Shown: positions 52,790 through 61,121 of the stretch, piece after piece
How positions within the stretch are numbered: the stretch's first letter is position 1
How the letters are laid out: every line of letters begins with the position of its first letter
NCBI GenBank assembly: GCA_965249485.1
Contig: OZ252239.1
Location: 1,184,001-1,248,000, forward strand
DNA: 64,000 bases
Source: a bacterium
Lineage (GTDB): Bacteria > SM23-31
Direction of reading: 5' to 3'
Made by a program: the position numbers and the translations under genes
Notes under the pieces: model-generated
The model's input: only the letters and a program-made list of their open reading frames with translations
Database searches by the model: none
What the model was told of the DNA's origin: nothing

Positions 52790-53194
52790 CTACAATTTAA
52801 ATACTATTCCTTGTCTTAACCAAAATTCCGTTGGCTTTCCATCAATTGTCACCGGATTCATAATATATTTTTGTCCTAGTTTAACTGCCTCATTTTCAAG
52901 GATAGCATATCTGGGATCATTTTTGGCACGTTCGATTTTAACATGACTTGAAGTAGTATCAACTCGAGCTAAAATTGCAGATCCATCAATACCGAATAAT
53001 ATTTCAATAGTAACTGATCCCTGAAAATTATCGTCGCGGAGGTTTTGAGGATATACAAACGAATTATTGACCTCTTCTATATTAAGAAAGGGTCCGCATT
53101 GTTGAGGGATTATAAAAGGAATGCCATCTTGATCGTATTGCTCTATAATTGAGGATTGGAGTATTGTTGGAGGAGTCTGAAACGTGGTTTCCAT
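52790..53194 (-). CDS. TonB C-terminal domain protein (AT-rich; true start probably further upstream)
   Basis: YPQNLR..NFQGSVTIEILFGIDGS...LENEAVK...PVTIDGKPTEFWLRQGIVFKL. The frame stays open upstream through a hydrophobic stretch ending ILNC. Confidence 0.75.
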   Translation of the reverse strand: METTFQTPPTILQSSIIEQYDQDGIPFIIPQQCGPFLNIEEVNNSFVYPQNLRDDNFQGSVTIEILFGIDGSAILARVDTTSSHVKIERAKNDPRYAILENEAVKLGQKYIMNPVTIDGKPTEFWLRQGIVFKL

Positions 53195-53384
53195 TACTTC
53201 TTTATTTTCTCCGGAGCAATTTAAAATATAAATAGAGGTTAAAGAACATATAATGACTATTAAATTAATAATAAATTAGCTCCTTGGATATAACTTCTCA
53301 TTATAGTTTGTACACCAGAGTTTCTCTACTAAGTTCCTATATCTCCAAGAACTCACAATTCATTTTTAAACACCACCATGATTG

Positions 53385-53412
53385 GACCGTGTGTGACGTT
53401 TTGCGAACCTTT
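53385..53412. repeat. 28-bp direct repeat, copy 2
   Basis: gaccgtgtgtgacgttttgcgaaccttt. Confidence 0.88.
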
Positions 53413-53471
53413 AAACTTAATATACCTGTGTAATCCACTGAAATGGCGTTTTAATTCTTTTTTCAATCCAG

Positions 53472-54851
53472 TCACGGTTTGACATCATTTTGAAATCGCA
53501 TCGGAATATTCATCCAGAATTTTACCGGATCACCTTCCTGTGTTGCTGGTAAAAATGAGACACTTTTTACTGCTTCTATAGCGGCATTATCCAGTTCGGG
53601 ATGACCCGATGATCTAGCAATTTCTGTTTCAAGAATACTCCCGTCTTCACCGATTAACGCTCGTACTTGCACTAATCCATCTTTACCTTCTTCTTTAGCT
53701 TTTTGTGGGTATTCGATTTTCTCAGCAATTCCAGATAATCCGCCAACTATTTTAGGCAGATTCTCTTGTGGAAGATATTCCGGTATTGTTTCAGTAACAG
53801 TCTGAGACTGTCCGGAAATTGATTCATTATCGGAAATCTCTTGTGAAGAAAGCATAGTTCCCTGTTCACGCTCACAGGCAAAGTAAAGGCATAAACCTGT
53901 CACGAAAGCTACGGCAATTTTTGTATAATATGTCATAGCAATACTCTCCTTTCCTACACACTTCATTATGGTATGGATTCTTTTAACGAGTGAATGTTTT
54001 CTTTCAAAAAAACCAATGCCCGCAAATCCTAAATGAGACTCACTGGTGATGTCTTCACTAACCCGAAGGATGCAGTCGGCATACTCTTTTCTGCTCAATT
54101 GTAATCCTGTTTGAGTAAGACTATCGCACACGTCTTCCCGAAAATATCGAATTTTCCTATTCATAATCCAGATAAGCGGATGAAAGAAAAAGATAATCTG
54201 AATGATGACCTGTACAAAGTTGATTATTAAATCAAAACGTTTGATATGGACGAGTTCGTGCATGAGAATCGGCTCAACATTTTTTACCGGCCATACATCC
54301 GCTATCTGTCTGGGAAGATACACAGTGGGATGAATCAGTCCTGCTGCTGCCGGGCTTTGTGCATTTCTCATATCAAGATATTTGAGTTCTGTAGAATTCG
54401 AAAGTCCAAGTTCATTTTTTAGCTCTTCAAAACGTTTTGTCAGCACACTCCGTTTAACAGGAGAAGAGGAAGAAAGCGTAAAATACGTCAGAAACAGTTT
54501 CCCTAAATAAGCTGCACACAGTAATGCTACCACACTGAGCCATAGTAATGTAATATATTCATTCAGCGAGAAGGAAAAAGCAGTTGAACTTTGTACAGGG
54601 GAATCGATGACCGGGAGTTCAATCAGTGAATAGTCTATAAATACTGAATTTTCATTTGAGGGAATAGAAATGGTAAATGGAATGCAGAGCCGAAACAGAC
54701 AAATACACCATAACCAGTAATGAAAGAGTGGAGAGGAACGTCTGCTGAATTGTGATATGATAAGGATTACAAAAAAAAGTATCGATATCTGAATGCTGAT
54801 TTCCCAGAAAAAAGGGATCAATATACGGGACAAATCTTTAAGAAGTATCAT
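53472..54851 (-). CDS. BlaR1/MecR1-type M56 metallopeptidase fused to TonB C-terminal domain
   Basis: YWLW..RLCIP, HELVHIKRFD, FFHPLIW, REDVCD; C-terminal YPQKAKEEGKDGLVQV..LDNAAIEAV..FLPA. Confidence 0.9.
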   Translation of the reverse strand: MILLKDLSRILIPFFWEISIQISILFFVILIISQFSRRSSPLFHYWLWCICLFRLCIPFTISIPSNENSVFIDYSLIELPVIDSPVQSSTAFSFSLNEYITLLWLSVVALLCAAYLGKLFLTYFTLSSSSPVKRSVLTKRFEELKNELGLSNSTELKYLDMRNAQSPAAAGLIHPTVYLPRQIADVWPVKNVEPILMHELVHIKRFDLIINFVQVIIQIIFFFHPLIWIMNRKIRYFREDVCDSLTQTGLQLSRKEYADCILRVSEDITSESHLGFAGIGFFERKHSLVKRIHTIMKCVGKESIAMTYYTKIAVAFVTGLCLYFACEREQGTMLSSQEISDNESISGQSQTVTETIPEYLPQENLPKIVGGLSGIAEKIEYPQKAKEEGKDGLVQVRALIGEDGSILETEIARSSGHPELDNAAIEAVKSVSFLPATQEGDPVKFWMNIPMRFQNDVKP

Positions 54852-55236
54852 GAGAATTCTCCCTTTCTTTGTCACGGATAATTTGTTTGATTTCTTCGAT
54901 TTCTTCCCTGCTGAGTTTTTTATTCTTTACAAAATTGACAAGCAGCGGTCCCACCGATTCATCAAGAACGTTTGAAATAAATGAGCTGATTTCACGAGAA
55001 AAAGCTTTTGACTGTGACAGTGATGGCTTATATATCCAGATAGGGCCGAATTTTTCTTTGGTTAGAAAACTCTTTTTAACAATTCTCTCAAGCAGTGTGG
55101 CAATTGTCTGGTATGACCGTTTTTTATCATGAAGTGATTCCTCGTAAACCTCACGTGCGGTGGCCTTCCCTTTTTTCCAGCAAATTTTCATGAGTGACCA
55201 TTCTGCTTTTGATAAATCTTTCTTCAAGTCAGACAT
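54838..55236 (-). CDS. BlaI/MecI/CopY family repressor
   Basis: LSKAEWSLMKICW, YQTIATLLERIVKK, LSREEIEEIKQII. Confidence 0.93.
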   Translation of the reverse strand: MSDLKKDLSKAEWSLMKICWKKGKATAREVYEESLHDKKRSYQTIATLLERIVKKSFLTKEKFGPIWIYKPSLSQSKAFSREISSFISNVLDESVGPLLVNFVKNKKLSREEIEEIKQIIRDKERENSHDTS

Positions 55237-55289
55237 AGTGTTTTCCTATAATGAAACTATCGTAATGATATTGTACTTGTAGTATTATA

Positions 55290-55303
55290 ACTACATTTGT
55301 AGT
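55290..55303. promoter_or_regulatory. BlaI/MecI-type operator
   Basis: ACTACA-TT-TGTAGT palindrome containing TACA-NN-TGTA, 54 nt upstream of blaI; partial second site at 55272-55283. Confidence 0.8.
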
Positions 55304-55376
55304 AATTTTCAAGAAAAAAATGGAATTTTTCAAATTTTTTTCGATAGTATTGAAATGGTACAGAAAAAGAAAATCC

Positions 55377-57871
55377 TTAAATCTTCCGATCCCGCCATGA
55401 TCTGATCTTTTTAGCCCAAGTTTTGACAAGGATTTCGGCGGCTTTTTGAGTGGGTGCTTCTGAGGTGACAGAGAAGAGTGCTTCGGCTCGTGCAGGAAGA
55501 AAAACTGTCCAGGTGTCTTCATTGTATATTTTGATACCATGAATTAATTCCCGCTTCATTCCGTCTGTTGCTTTCATGAGTGCATTCATGACTTTTCCTT
55601 TTTGTTCCCACGAACAGGCAATATTGGCTCTGGCAATTGACGGAAATTGAATTGAATCAATAAACTTCGATAATGGTTCCTTCATTCGTGCTAACATTTC
55701 AAGAATTTTAACCGTAGAAAACATTGCATCCGCACCGGTATTAAACTCGGGAAAAATGAAGCCGCCGAGCGTGCCACCAACAAATCCAATGTCCTCATCG
55801 AGAGCAACTTCTATCATGGAACGGTGGGTGCTCTTGCACGTTTTGTAACCAACTCTGTGTTTCCGGGCCATTGTTTGAATGAGTCGAGGTGCAAGAACGG
55901 GGGCAGAGATCTTCTTCGGTTTAAAATTATTCAGATAGAGCTGCGTAACAATGGCAAGAAGCTCTAAATTCTCGAAATACCGACCCTTATTGTCGACCAG
56001 GTAGAGCCGTTCACAGGTGGGATCAATTATGAATCCAACATCTGCCCGAAGCGATTTGACGATTTTGGAAATCCGATTCACCTGCTGCCGATGCTGTTTT
56101 CTTGAAAAACTCCGGTAAAGCGATTCGCTAAATGCACTCAGCGTCACAATATCGATGTTCAGATCGCCGAACAAAGAAGGAAATATGGTACTCCCCGGTC
56201 CGTAGGAAAAATCAATAACAGCATGCATGTTTGCCTGCTGGAGTAAGGAGGTATCGAGATTTGCAATGAAATTTTTCTGGTACATGTCGAATAGCCTAAC
56301 CGTTTCCTCTACAAATCCGACAGAGGATGCCTCAATCCGTTCATAATCTTCACCAAAAAAGAGTCGCTCAACTTTTTTACATTTATTGGTGTGCAGATCA
56401 GTACCATTGGTGTCAAATACGATAATATCGGTTTTTCGTTCGTCGTAGGGCGATTTTCGTACGTGGAATCCACCAAGCTTTCGTGATTTCTTGAGAATTT
56501 GCCGTACAACAGGTATCGGTGTGGTGTGTAAATTGTCCACCTGAATGCCCATAGAGATGAGGCCTGATTGGAGTGCGGTTGTTACCATAAAAGAAGCCGC
56601 ATTGCTGTCACAACTTGAATATATCGATGCACCCTGACCCCAAAATGCACCGAGCGCTGATCCGAGACGCGAAGCGAAATCTGGCTTTATTTCAATATTG
56701 GCAATACCCGATATTCGAGCATCAGTGAACAGCCCCCGGAGCCACTTGTCACCCCACACGAGACTTGTTGCAAGAATAGTATCATTCGCAATGGTTTTCT
56801 TGGGCCAAATCTTAACCTGTGGTCTGATGAGAGTCCGTGCACCGATTGCAACATCTTCGCCGATAAATACCTTGTCGGAGATAGTCGATGAACTCCCCAA
56901 TCTAGTACGGGATCCGATAACAGCATTTTTCGTCTGGCACCCTTCACCGGCAAGAACACGATCCCACAGTACCGATCCGATTATCCGCGCCTTTTTTTAA
57001 TGAGCGTATTGTTCCCAATGACCGCATTGTGGACATATGCGCCCTCTTCAATCGTAACATTATTGCCGAGGACAATATTGCCTGCAAGCTCTGCGGTTAA
57101 GGCTATAGAACTCCTTTTTCCTTTGATTATATTTTCATTGCGCTTACCGTCAATTGTGAATTCCACTTTCCCGGCAAGACAATCCTGATGGACCGCCAGA
57201 TATTCTTCAAGATTGCCGATATCTTTCCAGTAACATTCTCCCGGATAACTGAAAAAACGGTGCCTTGTATTCAGCAGATGGGGAAAAAGGTCTTTGCCGA
57301 AATCGTACTCTTTATTGCTCGGCAAAAGATCGAGCATTTTTCGCTCAAAAAGGTAAATTCCGGAGTTAATCCAATCAGAAAAAACCTCACCCCATGACGG
57401 CTTTTCATAAAAATTGGTGATCCGGTGCCGTTTATTAGTCATAACAATGCCGAACTGGAGCGGGTCCGGTTCGCGGGTCAGCAGTATGGTAGCGTCACTC
57501 TTTTTCTTTATATGAAACGAATAAAAATCGGTGAGGTCGACATCAGTCAAAAGATCACCGCTGATTACAAGAAATGTGTCGTCGATATATGATTCCGCGA
57601 ACTTTACACTTCCGGCTGTACCGAGATCATCTTCCGGGAGGAGATAGGTACACTTCAATCCGAATTTCGAACCGTCACCGAGGTAATTTTTAATCAGATC
57701 AGGCTGGTGATACAGCATAACAACGACATCGGTAATGCTGTGTTTTTGCAGAAGAGAAGCAATGTGACCGATGATCGGTTTGTTCATAAGCGGGACCATC
57801 GGTTTCGGTTTGTAAATCGTCAGCGGCCGCAGCCGCGTTCCGAAACCACCGGCCATTATTACTGCCTGCAT
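55377..57871 (-). pseudogene. Mannose-1-phosphate guanylyltransferase + LbH + PMM-like fusion, split by one frameshift (possibly sequencing error)
   Basis: MAGGFGTRLRPLT, LGTAGSVK, YWKDIG, hexapeptide repeats. The frame breaks at the A7 run (56998-56992); adding one A gives IKKKARIIGSVLWD and joins the 55377-56900 ORF. Confidence 0.85.
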
Positions 57872-57976
57872 AATGCGCTCTCCGATAGGTCAAATGTACT
57901 ACACGTTAAAGTATTCAGATATTAATCTATATTAATGCGCTTGCTTTTACTATCGAAAAATGAACTGCCGTGCTAT

Positions 57977-58612
57977 TTAATTGCTATGTTTCAGTGTCCC
58001 TTTACCGCGTGTTACATCACGAAATGCCTCAATCAAACGTTCTTCATGCACCTTTCTGACTGAACACACGAGTCCGCTCTCTTCGCCGAATTTCCGGTTG
58101 ACGATATCTGCTTCGAGACTACCAAGAAGTTGCTCTACACCGCCGGTCATTTCGTACGGAAACGAAAGACTATATTGTACAGTTAAAAAGTGTTCAACTG
58201 TCTTTCCTATTGACAGAGCAGATTCAGCGGAATCGGCATATGCACGTGATAGGCCGCCTTTTCCCAGATTCGTACCTCCGTAATACCGGATGACAACACA
58301 AACAACATTTGTGAGATTGTGCCGCTGCAACGAGGTCAGGATCGGTTTTCCAGCTGTTCCGGACGGCTCTCCATCGTCACTCGTCCGGATCGTTTCTCCG
58401 GCACCGTCCAGGATAATATAAGCAAAACAGTGATGCGTTGCATCACGATACGATGTTCGAAGAGATTCAAGAAATTTCTCTGCACCGGCTTGAGAAATGA
58501 TAGGTTCACAAAATGATTTAAAACGCGAGCCCTTAACGTTAATTTCACCCTGAGTACCACCGGAGAGGGTTCTATATGCGTCGTATGAAGAATCAGTTGT
58601 GTTACGAAGCAT
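57977..58612 (-). CDS. yigZ: YigZ/IMPACT family protein
   Basis: VKGSRF, ATHHCFAY, DDGEPSGTAGKP, RYYGGTNLGKGGL.RAY. Confidence 0.92.
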   Translation of the reverse strand: MLRNTTDSSYDAYRTLSGGTQGEINVKGSRFKSFCEPIISQAGAEKFLESLRTSYRDATHHCFAYIILDGAGETIRTSDDGEPSGTAGKPILTSLQRHNLTNVVCVVIRYYGGTNLGKGGLSRAYADSAESALSIGKTVEHFLTVQYSLSFPYEMTGGVEQLLGSLEADIVNRKFGEESGLVCSVRKVHEERLIEAFRDVTRGKGTLKHSN

Positions 58613-58743
58613 CGGACTGTGAGAGGTTATGAATTTATCACCGGTGAATAATGGTGAACGGAAATCCAAGTCAGAAGAAATTCTTTAACAAAATAATTAA
58701 TTATAGGCACAAAATCAAGCGGATATTATTTGGATATATTCTC

Positions 58744-58796
58744 TGCCATATACCACAAAAGAAGACACAATGGCAATTATGACTGCCATAATGGCA
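58744..58796. promoter_or_regulatory. Array of TGCCA-N3-TGGCA-like boxes upstream of dnaK
   Basis: tgccataatggca (58784-96, perfect palindrome), agacacaatggca (58763-75), half-site tgcca (58744); about 20-bp spacing. Confidence 0.55.
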
Positions 58797-58897
58797 TTAT
58801 TGCATTGGTAGCTTTCTTTGTCACCTAAAATGAAAAATAATGGTAAGGTATTGATATTAAAAGACTAACATGCTTATTTGTGCATAGTCTAAATGAT

Positions 58898-58914
58898 TGG
58901 TACACAGATTGCAT
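58898..58914 (+). promoter_or_regulatory. Putative sigma54 (-24/-12) promoter of dnaK
   Basis: TGGTACACAGATTGCAT has GG-N10-GC and matches TGGCAC-N5-TTGCA. Confidence 0.65.
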
Positions 58915-59025
58915 ATAAAAAGAGTGAAAAACCATGAAATACATCCCGGTTAAAAAACGGGAATCCTAATATTCGAAAATTGACAGAAACATTATAAGAA
59001 TCTTAAACGATCAGGAGTTAAAACA

Positions 59026-60945
59026 ATGGGAAAAATTATTGGAATTGATCTGGGAACCACAAACAGCTGTGTTGCAGTCATTGAAGGCGGTAAACCGGTT
59101 GTCATTCCGAATTCAGAAGGAGGGCGGATCACACCATCCGTTGTTGCGTTCACAAAAAACGACGAACGGCTAATCGGCCAGGCGGCAAAACGGCAGGCTG
59201 TTACCAATCCGGAAAATACGGTCTTCTCTATTAAACGCTTCATGGGCCGTGTTCATGGTGAAGTTTCTGAAGAAATGAAGGAGGTACCGTATAAAGTTGT
59301 CAAAGGGAAAAGCAACGTTGCACGTGTTAAAGTAAAGAACAATGAATACTCACCGCCTGAAATCTCAGCCATGATACTTCAAAAAATGAAGCAGACAGCA
59401 GAAGATTATCTCGGACAGAAGGTTACCGAGGCCGTCGTTACAGTGCCTGCTTATTTCAATGACAGTCAGCGGCAGGCAACGAAGGAGGCAGCCATCATTG
59501 CCGGTCTTGATCCCAAACGAATTGTAAACGAGCCAACTGCTGCATCATTGGCATATGGTCTTGATAAAGAAAAAGACGAAAAAATCGCCGTATTCGACTT
59601 TGGTGGCGGAACATTTGATATCTCGATTCTGGAAATAGCTGATGGTGTGTTCGAAGTGAAATCGACCAACGGTGATACCCATCTCGGTGGCGACAACATC
59701 GACCATCGGCTTGTCAACTGGATTGCTGATGAATTCAAACAGCAGGAAGGGATTGATCTCCGAAACGATCCAATGGCACTTCAGCGGCTTAAAGAAGCAG
59801 GTGAAAAGGCAAAAATGGAGCTCTCGACAACGACACAGACAGAGATCAACCTCCCGTTTGTCACAGCAACTGACAGCGGTCCGAAACATCTTAATCTGAC
59901 CCTGACGCGTTCAAAGTTCGAACAGTTGTGTGATAAAGAATTCAAGCGTCTTATTGCACCGAGTGAAACTGCACTTAAAGATGCCGGATTGTCAAAAGCC
60001 GACATTGATGAAGTAGTTCTCGTCGGCGGTTCGACACGAATTCCGAAAGTTCAGGAAATCGTAAAAGAAATATTCGGCAAGGAAGGCCATAAAGGTGTTA
60101 ATCCGGATGAAGTCGTTGCAATGGGAGCGGCAATTCAGGGTGGAATTCTCGGTGGGGACATTGATGATGAAATCGTGCTGCTCGATGTAACGCCGTTGAC
60201 TCTCGGTATTGAAACACTTGGCGGCGTTATGACAAAACTCATTGAAGCAAACACCACAATTCCGGTTAAAAAGGCAGAAGTTTTCTCGACAGCTGCAGAT
60301 AACCAGACGACAGTTGAAGTCCATGTACTGCAGGGTGAACGGCCGATAGCGATAGATAACAAAACTATCGGACGATTCCATCTTGACGGTATTCCTCCTG
60401 CTCCACGCGGCATACCGCAGGTCGAAGTCTCGTTTGATCTTGATGCAAATGGTATATTGAACGTCTCTGCCAAGGATAAAGCGACTGAAAAAGAGCAGAA
60501 GATTACAATCACAGCATCGAGTGGATTGACTGATGAAGAGATCAAGAAAATGAAAGAAGATGCGAAAATCCATGCAGATGAAGACAAGCAGCAGCGGGAA
60601 AAAGTAGATACGAAAAATCAGGCCGAGCAAATGATGTGGCAGACTGAAAAACAGATCGAGGAGTTGAAGGACAAACTCGATGAAGAAGCCAAGCAGAAAC
60701 TTGAAGCGGGTATCGGACGGCTGAAAGAAGCTATTAAGGTCGAAAATCTGGATGAAATGAAATCATCTATGGAAGCGCTGACACAAGTCTGGAATGAGGC
60801 GTCGCAAAAAATGTATCAGGATGCTGCTGCACAACAGCCGCCACCCGGTGCAGAAGCTGAGGAAACGGCAGGCGCAGACAATACATCGAAAAAGAAAAAC
60901 GATAAAGAAATCAAAGACGCGGACTTCGAAGTTGTTGACGATTAA
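59026..60945 (+). CDS. dnaK: Chaperone DnaK
   Basis: [47 protein letters not shown]. Confidence 0.98.
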   Translation: MGKIIGIDLGTTNSCVAVIEGGKPVVIPNSEGGRITPSVVAFTKNDERLIGQAAKRQAVTNPENTVFSIKRFMGRVHGEVSEEMKEVPYKVVKGKSNVARVKVKNNEYSPPEISAMILQKMKQTAEDYLGQKVTEAVVTVPAYFNDSQRQATKEAAIIAGLDPKRIVNEPTAASLAYGLDKEKDEKIAVFDFGGGTFDISILEIADGVFEVKSTNGDTHLGGDNIDHRLVNWIADEFKQQEGIDLRNDPMALQRLKEAGEKAKMELSTTTQTEINLPFVTATDSGPKHLNLTLTRSKFEQLCDKEFKRLIAPSETALKDAGLSKADIDEVVLVGGSTRIPKVQEIVKEIFGKEGHKGVNPDEVVAMGAAIQGGILGGDIDDEIVLLDVTPLTLGIETLGGVMTKLIEANTTIPVKKAEVFSTAADNQTTVEVHVLQGERPIAIDNKTIGRFHLDGIPPAPRGIPQVEVSFDLDANGILNVSAKDKATEKEQKITITASSGLTDEEIKKMKEDAKIHADEDKQQREKVDTKNQAEQMMWQTEKQIEELKDKLDEEAKQKLEAGIGRLKEAIKVENLDEMKSSMEALTQVWNEASQKMYQDAAAQQPPPGAEAEETAGADNTSKKKNDKEIKDADFEVVDD

Positions 60946-61121
60946 GCCACTTAATCAATATATTATTAATGTTCGCTAATTGTAGGAACATGAAGCATTC
61001 AATGCAGTGATTGCCACGCCCCCATTTTAAACCGGGTAGGTTCACAATCTCTGCCATGAAAATTGTAAGTGGAGCTAAAATTAAATACAAATCACATAAT
61101 TGAGAAATATGTTAACGAATA

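Noticed and set aside
52637..53412. CRISPR array or integron attC cassette
   Set aside because: Only two repeats 748 bp apart, no attC-type palindrome with RYYYAAC/GTTRRRY ends, and no cas or intI gene.
58670..59025. CIRCE/HrcA operator upstream of dnaK
   Set aside because: No TTAGCACTC-N9-GAGTGCTAA match; the palindromes present are a different motif.
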